DNA from: Bacteroidales bacterium
GTDB taxonomy: Bacteria; Bacteroidota; Bacteroidia; Bacteroidales; JAEINX01
Length of the DNA stretch: 64,000 nucleotides
NCBI GenBank assembly: GCA_016342645.1
Contig: JAEINX010000002.1
Location: 23,804-87,803, forward strand
Reading direction: 5' to 3'
Made by a program: the position numbers and the translations under genes. Positions 8,562-16,732 of the stretch are shown here, in pieces. The notes below the pieces were generated by a model. That model saw nothing but the letters and a program-made list of their open reading frames with translations, did not search any database and had not been told where the DNA came from. The stretch's first letter is position 1; each line of letters opens with the position of its first letter.

Positions 8562-11500
8562 TTATTCCGGTATTTCATAAATATTTGATGAATTACGAAA
8601 ACCTGATTTATTCATATACCAATCCGGGAAATCGACTCCAGAAGATTGTGCCCATGAGGCAAATTTCAAATGTGCAGTAAGTATATCAGCTTTTTCAATC
8701 GGGTATTTGAAGTTGATCGGAACCTCTATTGCCCAAGGCAAACCTGTTTCTGAAACATAATATAAACCTGTTTCAGGATTTGAAGCATCATCAAAAGTGC
8801 CAAAATAATCAGGATCAACAAGATTTGTTGGTGGTTGATCCTTCAAATGAATTTCATACCCTCTTTCCTGATCGACAAAAATAAATGGATTAAAAGGAGG
8901 AGTTCCAATTGAAGCCTGAGGTGTTTCAAAATGAGTTGTAACCGTGCTTACATTGGTTTGGATATATCTCCCATCGGGAATGGTATTTACCATACCCCCA
9001 TCCATAATTGGATTGATTGCATCAAATGGAATAATTACAGTAGTATTTGTATGTCCGACTTCGTAGCCTTTGGGATCAATTTGAACTGCGTTTCCAAGCT
9101 TTAAACAACCGCTTACACTTGCAACAGTTGATGATGGAGCATCAAATACAATTCCAAATCCGTTGTTCAATGAAGCACCATCCGCCATTATTTGAAACTG
9201 TGTAATTACATCCACAACACTATTTTGGGCATTAGTAACAATCTTATAATTAAAGTTTACAACAAAATCATTAAAATCATAATCACCGAAAGCAGGCCAC
9301 AGGTCTTCAAAAGCAAAACTTCCAAAATCGGTTTCATTTGGATAGAATGAATTGAAAGCACGAGTTGGATCCGTAGGATATGCATCAATATTGTCAGGGA
9401 TTCCATCGCCATCTGTATCAGTAGGGCCTCCTGTTTCAACCTCAAGTACAAGTGTTTCTGTGTCGGTTCCGGCACTATTTGTGGCTGAAATGGTGATATC
9501 GTAGGTTCCGGCTGTTGTCGGGATACCGCTAATAACATTTCCATTAAATGATAGCCCAGCAGGAAGATTCGTAGCATTGTAGGTCATCGGTTGTGATCCA
9601 TCTGCTGTAATACTGTAGCTAAAGGGATAATCCTTTACAGCAGTAGCGGTTAAAGAACTTGTGATGGAAGGAGGCTGAGCACCTTCGACAATGGTAATAA
9701 CAAGTGTTTGTACATCAGTTCCGTAGCTATTGGTAGCCGTTAGCGTAACACTATAAACTCCAGGGAAATTAGGTGTCCCGTTAATTGTTTGATTTGTGGA
9801 ATTAAAAGATAAGTCTTGTGGTAAACTAGATACCGAATAACTTATTGTTGATGAACCCGAAGCGGTAAAAGTGTATGTTGAGAACTGTACACCTGCTGTA
9901 CCGTTGGCAGTAAGAGGACTGGTAATTGTTGGAGGAGTTCCTACAGTTAATACTAAAATTTCATTCGCTGTTCCTCCGTCATTAGTTGCAGACAAGTTGA
10001 TATTATATGTTCCTGCTGTTGTTGGGATTCCTGTAATTTTATGACTTGTAGGATCGAATGACAAACCGGAAGGTAAATTGGTAGCATTATAGGTAATTGG
10101 TCCTGTTCCACTTGCAGTTATTGTATAACTATATGACTCGTCAATAGTAGTGTTATCGGTAAGAGTACTTGTAATTACAGGTGGTGCTGTTGGCACCGTA
10201 ATTTCTATTACTAAAGTTTTAGTATCAGAACCCATAAAATTTGTTGCGGTCATATCAACATTAAAAGTACCTGATGAAGTTGGTGTTCCACTAATGGTAT
10301 GTGTGTTTGCATCAAAAGTTAATCCGGCAGGAAGATTTCCTACTGAATAGCTTATAGTTTCTGTTCCGGTGGCTGTTATGATATAAGGAGTGATAGGCTG
10401 ATTAACCAATCCGCCCAATTGTAATGAACCGGTAATAATGGGAGCAACATTTGCACTACAAACCGGTGCAACTATTGTATAAGCACAAAAAGTAACATGT
10501 GACCCATAAGTTGCATTATTTGGATTGAAATTACCATTAACACACAAATCCACATATCCGCTTACATTAACTCCTGACGAAGATTGTGCGTCATCATCTG
10601 CAGTAATTTGAGCACCTTGTGAATCAGGCCCTACAATATTTCCTTGAATTTTAAAGTCTCCTGTTTCAATTAAACTTCCTATACCTAATGTGGTTATCTT
10701 AGGTCCTGAACCACTAAAATTAGCGGTACCTTTAACATAGACATAACCATTGTTGGTGAAATCGCTATTCTGTTGAAATGCACTATTTCCGGTCTTATTG
10801 ATTATAAATTCACAATTATTGATAAATGTTGCATCCGGATTATTTGCAAATTCCTTAGAGGTTGTAAAGGTTCCATTGTTGGTTATCGAACCTTGATTAA
10901 TCATAGTAATTGTTGAAGAAATTTCGCCCCAGTTACCAATGGTGCCATTTATTTGAATAGTACCGCTACCGGCAAAATTCAAGCTTCCATAATTTTCTAT
11001 TATAAAGTCATTACTGTATTTTGGTAGGTTAACTGTTCCTGTTTCATTAATCATAATTGTACCTTCGCCACTGCCATTTTTGTACTTGTTAACACTAGCG
11101 TATCCACATACTCGCAAGGTTCCGCCGCTTTCAATATGTATTTTATTAAATGAAGCTGAAGTTCCTTCTTCAATACAAACCGTTTCACCTGATTCGATAA
11201 TAAAGTCGCTATTATGTGTTCCGCTGACAGTAGAGGTGCATCCTGAGGTACATGGATCGTTATCGGTTACTGATTTTAAACCTGTAAAATCCAACTGTAT
11301 TGATGAACCGCTAACTTTAACAGCAACAAATTTATTTGCTCCTGTTGAGGATAATTTACCAACATATACTTCCGATAGCCTGGAAGCGATACGAATAGGT
11401 AAATTAAATACACCATTTTGATTTACAGAACCTGTTAAAATTACTTTTCCACCATTATTTGGGTGGGCATCGTAAATCTGAATAATATCAACCTCACCTG

Positions 11501-11687
11501 ATTTAGTGGTAGCAAGCTTAATGGATGTTTCAAGATTTAAGAAATTCTCAAATTTAAATGATTCACTAACCTTTAGGTCAAGGAAGTTATCAATAGTATT
11601 ATTGTTTTGATTGTTGTTTTTATGACAAGAAACAAAGATAAGGCTGATTGCAAATAAAACCGTTATTGCATAAATTTTTAGTTTCAT
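8562..11687 (-). CDS. Surface lipoprotein: beta-helix-like N-region, five He_PIG (putative Ig) repeats, C-terminal LruC domain
   Basis: 1041 aa. Has a lipobox (LIFVSC). Five repeats of about 85 aa have the form ..ISYSVGNLPAGLTFDANTHTISGTPTSSGTFNV..ATN..G.. The C-terminal TDTDGDGIPDNIDAYPTDPTRAFNSFYPN...FAFEDLWPAFGDYDFNDFVV is the hallmark of LruC domain proteins (from memory, TIGR04456/DUF4842). Confidence 0.75.
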   Translation of the reverse strand: MKLKIYAITVLFAISLIFVSCHKNNNQNNNTIDNFLDLKVSESFKFENFLNLETSIKLATTKSGEVDIIQIYDAHPNNGGKVILTGSVNQNGVFNLPIRIASRLSEVYVGKLSSTGANKFVAVKVSGSSIQLDFTGLKSVTDNDPCTSGCTSTVSGTHNSDFIIESGETVCIEEGTSASFNKIHIESGGTLRVCGYASVNKYKNGSGEGTIMINETGTVNLPKYSNDFIIENYGSLNFAGSGTIQINGTIGNWGEISSTITMINQGSITNNGTFTTSKEFANNPDATFINNCEFIINKTGNSAFQQNSDFTNNGYVYVKGTANFSGSGPKITTLGIGSLIETGDFKIQGNIVGPDSQGAQITADDDAQSSSGVNVSGYVDLCVNGNFNPNNATYGSHVTFCAYTIVAPVCSANVAPIITGSLQLGGLVNQPITPYIITATGTETISYSVGNLPAGLTFDANTHTISGTPTSSGTFNVDMTATNFMGSDTKTLVIEITVPTAPPVITSTLTDNTTIDESYSYTITASGTGPITYNATNLPSGLSFDPTSHKITGIPTTAGTYNINLSATNDGGTANEILVLTVGTPPTITSPLTANGTAGVQFSTYTFTASGSSTISYSVSSLPQDLSFNSTNQTINGTPNFPGVYSVTLTATNSYGTDVQTLVITIVEGAQPPSITSSLTATAVKDYPFSYSITADGSQPMTYNATNLPAGLSFNGNVISGIPTTAGTYDITISATNSAGTDTETLVLEVETGGPTDTDGDGIPDNIDAYPTDPTRAFNSFYPNETDFGSFAFEDLWPAFGDYDFNDFVVNFNYKIVTNAQNSVVDVITQFQIMADGASLNNGFGIVFDAPSSTVASVSGCLKLGNAVQIDPKGYEVGHTNTTVIIPFDAINPIMDGGMVNTIPDGRYIQTNVSTVTTHFETPQASIGTPPFNPFIFVDQERGYEIHLKDQPPTNLVDPDYFGTFDDASNPETGLYYVSETGLPWAIEVPINFKYPIEKADILTAHLKFASWAQSSGVDFPDWYMNKSGFRNSSNIYEIPE

Positions 11688-11772
11688 AGTTATAATTTTA
11701 AGTTTTTAATTCTACTTTGTTTTTGTATAACGCAAATAATGACCCCAAAATTGCAAACAAATGATGGTTAAA

Positions 11773-11780
11773 CAAATATA
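11773..11780 (-). promoter_or_regulatory. -7 promoter box TATATTTG for the LruC-domain gene
   Basis: The plus strand reads caaatata. It sits 86 nt upstream of the ATG at 11687. Confidence 0.35.
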
Positions 11781-11945
11781 AATAAATCAGTTTGTCAAAG
11801 TTTACCAATTTGGGAAATTAATTCCATTAATTACACTCCTTTTCCTTATGAAGTAGAAATATGTTCACCATTGGTTTAATCAAATCCATAACCACAAAAA
11901 ATTAAATTGTAATCTTTTTCATTGGGTTATTATTTTAGAATTAAT

Positions 11946-12031
11946 TGTTCTTTGTTCTTTGTTCTTTGTTCTTTGTTCTTTGTTCTTTGTTCTTTGTTCT
12001 TTGTTCTTTGTTCTTTGTTCTTTGTTCTTTG
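11946..12031. repeat. Perfect heptanucleotide microsatellite (TGTTCTT)n, about 12 units
   Basis: Direct reading: about 86 nt of tgttctt repeated without interruption, ending in a T7 run. The two 'ORFs' 11919..12113 and 11959..12156 are translation artefacts of it (KNKEQRT x4). Confidence 0.95.
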
Positions 12032-12044
12032 TTTTTTTCGAGTT

Positions 12045-12107
12045 AGCGATGGCATCCCTTTCGAGGCATAGAGTATTATTAGTATTTTCAGTATTCTTCA
12101 TGAGGAA
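12045..12107. repeat. Long hairpin element, copy 1 (15-nt arms AGCGATGGCATCCCT / AGGAATGCCATCGCT, 1 mismatch, 33-nt loop)
   Basis: Arms read directly. It lies 43 nt downstream of the stop of the 12150..16553 gene. About 92% identical to the copy at 16628-16700. Confidence 0.85.
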
Positions 12108-12149
12108 TGCCATCGCTTACGATTTTTTATTCATTAATAATTTTTTAAT

Positions 12150-15100
12150 TTATTGAATAACAATCTTCTTAATCGTATTATAATCGCATCCATTAATGTT
12201 TATAAAATAAACTCCCTTTTCAAGCCATGAAAGATCAATCTCAATTGACGATTGATTATTGATTATTTTTGATTGAATTACTATTTTTCCGGTAATATCA
12301 GTAATTTCTAAAATGCAAGCCTGTCCCGTACTGGTCAGGTTTTCGATAGTTATTATTCCTGTTGTCGGGTTTGGATAAATTGAAATATCATTTATCATGT
12401 TTTCATCTGATAATCCAGTTGTGGAGAAATTAAGCAAACTGTATTCTCCATCTTCTTTAGGGAAGAAATTTTCTATCCATGCATCTCCGTAAGGATTTGA
12501 GAATGTATAGTCTTTTAAAATATATTCTTTGTTTTCATTTTTATTCCAGACTTTTATAAGAGGTGAATTACCTGATTTAAATAGACTGCTGAAAACAGGA
12601 ATCTCATTTTCATAAATATTATCGGAAACCAAAAAGCCGGAGCCTGAAAGTACGTCTCCATCAAAAACAGCAATTTCATCACCAATATTTAAACTTCCTT
12701 TTTCAAAATAGATAGTCCAGACCGGTTCTGAAGCATCAGCATTTTTTAAGGTATAATGTTGTTTCGATGGCATTTTAAATTTAGTTGTTGAAACATTAAA
12801 TATTTCATTTTTAATACATCTTACCGAATGGCCACATAATTCATTTGCTACACCACGGGCAATTGTATTTTTATCTCCACTAAGATACCTCCCTAAAACT
12901 AAGTAAGAATTAACATTGGTTGAAGTCCAAAAAAGAGCAGAGCCTCCTAAAAATTGGAAATAATTATTGATGTTGCGATGCCCACCCGGAAGAGCAGTAA
13001 AGCCAAAAAGATTTGTTCCATTACCCCACAAACTCCAGCCATTTGAGGATCTTAAATTTAAACCGGCATCATAGCCTCGATCACCTGTATTATCCCATTC
13101 GGGATCACCAACACCAAATTGACTGTCAACATTTCCTTCGAGAATTTTCCATTCATCATCAGTTGGAATAGACCATCCTTCAGGGCATATACCTTGCACA
13201 CCATGTGTTGTAGCATATTCCATCATTTCATTCCATTGATATAATCCACCATATACTTCACAATAATACGGATCATTATCATAGCAATATTTTTCAATCA
13301 CACCGTTGTCAGTCATGTCTTCCGTACCATTTATCATTTGGCCTATATTAAGGTTTTCAGCCATCCAACATTGGACGCCAATTTGAACGGTATTATATAT
13401 TCGTTCATCACGCGGATCGGTGAAAGGATAACCGCATGAAATTGGAAAAATAAGTATGTCATCAGAAAACATCTTAACAAGATAAGCTTCATTAGTTTGA
13501 CATTCACCGATCCCATTTACCCAATTCGGCCCGATTTTGCGTAATGTCTGTCCTTGTGAATTTCTAATAAAGTCTAGATTATCGCTAATTATAGTTTCAA
13601 AAGCAATCAGAGCATCCATGGCAGTATTAGGAAAATAACTAACAAATTGAAAGCCTTCATTAACAAAAATCGGGGTTAATGAATCAACAAATTGGCCTTC
13701 GATAGTGAATGAGTCATCATTAAACATTTTTATCAAATAACCTTCTTCAATTATCCAGTCTCCAATTCCATTTACCCATGTTGAACCGATTTTTCTTATA
13801 GTTTGCCCTTGTGAATTTCTTACAAAATCAAGGTTGTCGTTTAATATTTCTGATAAAATTACCATCATATCAGTAGTATCAGGAATGATATTTGCTGATA
13901 TAAATTGAAAAGACGCTTCTAAATTGAATGTTTGGGTTACAATAGGTTCTCCTATTGTCATTTTAACAGGAATCAAAATTTCAGGATTAAAAGGATCATT
14001 ACTGCTTAGAATAATATCAGCAATCAAGACTGTCCCGTTAGGGTGATCCATGGCATTAAAACACAGATTTACATCTTCAGTACATTGAGGTTCAATAATT
14101 CCTTCTAATGGATAGACTGATAACCAAGGTGTAATAGTATCGGTTATTGAAGCATTGAACTTTGCTTTCTTATTTACTTTTTTCGGTATAGATGTCTCAA
14201 CCGGCCCGAAAGAAACCTCAATATTCCAAAATAATGAAGTATCGCCTATATTTCCTATTTCAAGATATTCTTGTGTACTACCACCAACAGGAATATTAAC
14301 TAAAAAGGAATTTGTGTCAATAATAATTTCAGGAAAATTGAGGTCATCGACTATAATTGTATAATCTTCTACTTCTCCATATGAAGAAACTAAATAAGGA
14401 AATGGAATACTGTTGTATGTCATTCTTATTCTCATTCTAGGAGGCCCTTCAACAGCATTTTCCGGAGCTATAATTTCACCGGTAAAATCAGAACCTGTTC
14501 CATCATTTGTTAAAGGGTATTGTTCATTCTCTTCAGGGTCTGCATTAAGAACACAATCATTATCCCAGTCAACCCAGACATAAACATAATCATCAGCCCA
14601 AGGTTCTCCGTTTGTAACAACAATCTCCTGCGGTATCCCAACTTCAACGAAGGTAAACTGATCAGTATAATCTGCAATTTCTCCCTGCCATCCACTTGAG
14701 TTATCAATCATACCCATTGTTACATTGGCAATGTATTCAGCTTCTAATGTAGTCGAAGCCCAATCGTACCAGCAAAGTATGTGCTCCACTTCTTTTTCAA
14801 TACAATCATTTACAGGATTGCAATCATTAGAAACGAAAGTACAGACCTCAATGAAATATGTACCTACTTCAGATAAGTCAACTGAATCAGTAAAAGTATA
14901 TTCTATTTCAATACCCGGATCAATTGTCTCAGTAATAATTTCATTAACCCAGCCGGTACCTTCAAAGTTAAATCCCACAGGAATTTCAGATAAAGCCTGA
15001 GAACCAAAATTCTTTACTTTTACAGTAACCGGTTCAATACCGAGAGGTTTAGATGAATAAGGTGAAATTATTTCGGTTACACCGACATCAATAGATGGTA

Positions 15101-16553
15101 GAGGTTCACACGTGGCATAGCCAATGTCTCCTCCTGTAGGATTAGGCCCATCAGTAAAAATAAGATCGTTATTATGATCATAAACTTCGTAAGTACATTC
15201 TTCAGGCCAAGCGCTTCCGCTAAATACAGAAGTTAGGAATGCACTATCACAAACGAGGAAATATACAGTTTCAGGGCCATATCCTGATTCTAAGGTAACA
15301 TTAACATATTCAACACCGTTACCATATATTTGAACATAATTACCATTCCAGCCATCGCCATATGAATCCCACATTGTGATTGAATATTCGCACCATTCTA
15401 TAGGGTTCATAATTTCCATCCACTTATTAGCAAAATTATTCTCAGGAAACTCATCACCTGTAAGAAGTACTTCGGCTTCGATATGAAAAGATTTATATTC
15501 TGTAAAATCATACGGTTCATTAAAAGTATAATCAATTGATTCAATATAAACAATAGGGCCGGGAACAATTTCGCTTACCCATTCACTATTGTCAACACGA
15601 TATCTAACTTCAAAATTACTTTGAGTAATAGTACCCTGATTTTTTATTCTAATTACAATGTCCTCAACGCCAAGAATAAAACCTGTATTTGGTTCTAAAA
15701 TTTCTTTCAATGCAAGGTCAAGATCAGGTGGAGGGCCTGCGATACCACCTTCAATACCAAAAATGGTTTCATTTTGGATAGTTCCAAGTAATGTCCACAA
15801 ACCGGGAGCATAAGTATCGAATGCAGCAAGGCCACCGGCAAGACCTGTACCCGTTGTGCTATAACCGATAGCATCAAAAGTAAGTCCGGTTTCATCTCCT
15901 GCAACAGGATCAATCTGAACAATAACAGCCTGGCTCCCACCCCCTGATTGAGCGAATCCATACAGAAACGGGCCATCATTTGAAGGAGTTACATAAGCAA
16001 ATCCATAATAACTTGAGTAAGAATTACAGCTCCATTGGTTTAAGATTCCACCTGTACGGTCATAAAGAGTAATAGGATCGCTCCAATTATTTCCATAAAA
16101 AGCATCATATTCAGGATTATAAGCAATTGCCCTTGTATCAACAGCTGCAGATAAAGTGCTTATTAAAGTCCCGGACTGCCCATCAAAATCCATTTCAAAT
16201 AATTGGGTGTTTGCAGCAGCACCATAGAAATAAGTACCATCATATGCAAGGTCTCTTACCGCAGCTTCGCCGGGTACTGGGAATGCACCGAGGAAAGTAC
16301 CATCCATTTCATAACAGAAAAAACCATCGCCATTCCATTTTGAAGTATAAATGTACTCTCCGTTGGTTTCTATTCCTGCTTCACCGGAAGCATCACCGCA
16401 AATAAAATCAAAGTGATGATCAAAAAGGTCATCGGTGAAAGTTGTTGCATTCGGGTTTGTTTTAGCGTTTAAGTCAATATCTGAATTGCTTTGAGCAAAA
16501 AGAATTGATGATGAAATTATCATCAGACTAATTAATATTATAAATTTTTTCAT
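12150..16553 (-). CDS. Giant T9SS-secreted mosaic protein (CARDB-like x2, GEVED, FISUMP lectin-like domain, unknown cassettes, Por C-terminal sorting domain)
   Basis: 1467 aa with a signal peptide. Two CARDB-like modules and GEVEDYTI are present. The FISUMP signature is (YNTVQIGVQCWMAENLN...EKYCYDNDP..C..YGGLYQW...GICPEGWSIPTDDEW...GFTALPGG...FWTST...G.SVRCIKN). The T9SS CTD is (ISIYPNPTTGIITIENL...GVYFININ...KKIVIQ). Confidence 0.85.
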   Translation of the reverse strand: MKKFIILISLMIISSSILFAQSNSDIDLNAKTNPNATTFTDDLFDHHFDFICGDASGEAGIETNGEYIYTSKWNGDGFFCYEMDGTFLGAFPVPGEAAVRDLAYDGTYFYGAAANTQLFEMDFDGQSGTLISTLSAAVDTRAIAYNPEYDAFYGNNWSDPITLYDRTGGILNQWSCNSYSSYYGFAYVTPSNDGPFLYGFAQSGGGSQAVIVQIDPVAGDETGLTFDAIGYSTTGTGLAGGLAAFDTYAPGLWTLLGTIQNETIFGIEGGIAGPPPDLDLALKEILEPNTGFILGVEDIVIRIKNQGTITQSNFEVRYRVDNSEWVSEIVPGPIVYIESIDYTFNEPYDFTEYKSFHIEAEVLLTGDEFPENNFANKWMEIMNPIEWCEYSITMWDSYGDGWNGNYVQIYGNGVEYVNVTLESGYGPETVYFLVCDSAFLTSVFSGSAWPEECTYEVYDHNNDLIFTDGPNPTGGDIGYATCEPLPSIDVGVTEIISPYSSKPLGIEPVTVKVKNFGSQALSEIPVGFNFEGTGWVNEIITETIDPGIEIEYTFTDSVDLSEVGTYFIEVCTFVSNDCNPVNDCIEKEVEHILCWYDWASTTLEAEYIANVTMGMIDNSSGWQGEIADYTDQFTFVEVGIPQEIVVTNGEPWADDYVYVWVDWDNDCVLNADPEENEQYPLTNDGTGSDFTGEIIAPENAVEGPPRMRIRMTYNSIPFPYLVSSYGEVEDYTIIVDDLNFPEIIIDTNSFLVNIPVGGSTQEYLEIGNIGDTSLFWNIEVSFGPVETSIPKKVNKKAKFNASITDTITPWLSVYPLEGIIEPQCTEDVNLCFNAMDHPNGTVLIADIILSSNDPFNPEILIPVKMTIGEPIVTQTFNLEASFQFISANIIPDTTDMMVILSEILNDNLDFVRNSQGQTIRKIGSTWVNGIGDWIIEEGYLIKMFNDDSFTIEGQFVDSLTPIFVNEGFQFVSYFPNTAMDALIAFETIISDNLDFIRNSQGQTLRKIGPNWVNGIGECQTNEAYLVKMFSDDILIFPISCGYPFTDPRDERIYNTVQIGVQCWMAENLNIGQMINGTEDMTDNGVIEKYCYDNDPYYCEVYGGLYQWNEMMEYATTHGVQGICPEGWSIPTDDEWKILEGNVDSQFGVGDPEWDNTGDRGYDAGLNLRSSNGWSLWGNGTNLFGFTALPGGHRNINNYFQFLGGSALFWTSTNVNSYLVLGRYLSGDKNTIARGVANELCGHSVRCIKNEIFNVSTTKFKMPSKQHYTLKNADASEPVWTIYFEKGSLNIGDEIAVFDGDVLSGSGFLVSDNIYENEIPVFSSLFKSGNSPLIKVWNKNENKEYILKDYTFSNPYGDAWIENFFPKEDGEYSLLNFSTTGLSDENMINDISIYPNPTTGIITIENLTSTGQACILEITDITGKIVIQSKIINNQSSIEIDLSWLEKGVYFININGCDYNTIKKIVIQ

Positions 16554-16627
16554 AGGGTTTATTATTTTAGGATTACTTGTTCCTTGTTTCTTATTTTCTA
16601 TTTCTTGTTTCTTGTTTTTTTCGAGTT

Positions 16628-16700
16628 AGCGATGGCATCCCTTTCGAGGCATAGAGTATTATTAATGTTTTTTGTATTCTTCATGAGGGATGCCATCGCT
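16628..16700. repeat. Long hairpin element, copy 2 (perfect 15-nt arms AGCGATGGCATCCCT / AGGGATGCCATCGCT, 43-nt loop)
   Basis: Arms read directly. It lies 33 nt downstream of the stop of the 16733..20095 gene. It is preceded by degenerate CTTGTTT-type heptamers (16577-16620). Confidence 0.85.
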
Positions 16701-16732
16701 TTCGCTTTAATATTTATTTATAATTTTTTAAT

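Noticed and set aside
7188-8680. Plus-strand ORFs 7188..7436, 7616..7978 and 8366..8680 as genes
   Set aside because: They lie antisense to, or out of frame within, the decayed IS1634-type transposase. They have low-complexity, hydrophobic translations typical of spurious AT-rich ORFs.
11773-12031. Classical promoter-spacer phase variation of the LruC-domain gene by the heptamer tract
   Set aside because: The tract lies about 166 nt or more upstream of the best -7 box, not between promoter elements or within the coding region. Only indirect effects remain possible (kept as a low-key hypothesis in the findings).
11919-12156. ORFs 11919..12113 (-) and 11959..12156 (+) as real genes, or the repeat tract as a CRISPR array
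   Set aside because: Both ORFs are read-throughs of the (TGTTCTT)n microsatellite (KNKEQRT x4 / FFVLCSL x3). A 7-nt unit with no spacers is not CRISPR. No cas genes are present.
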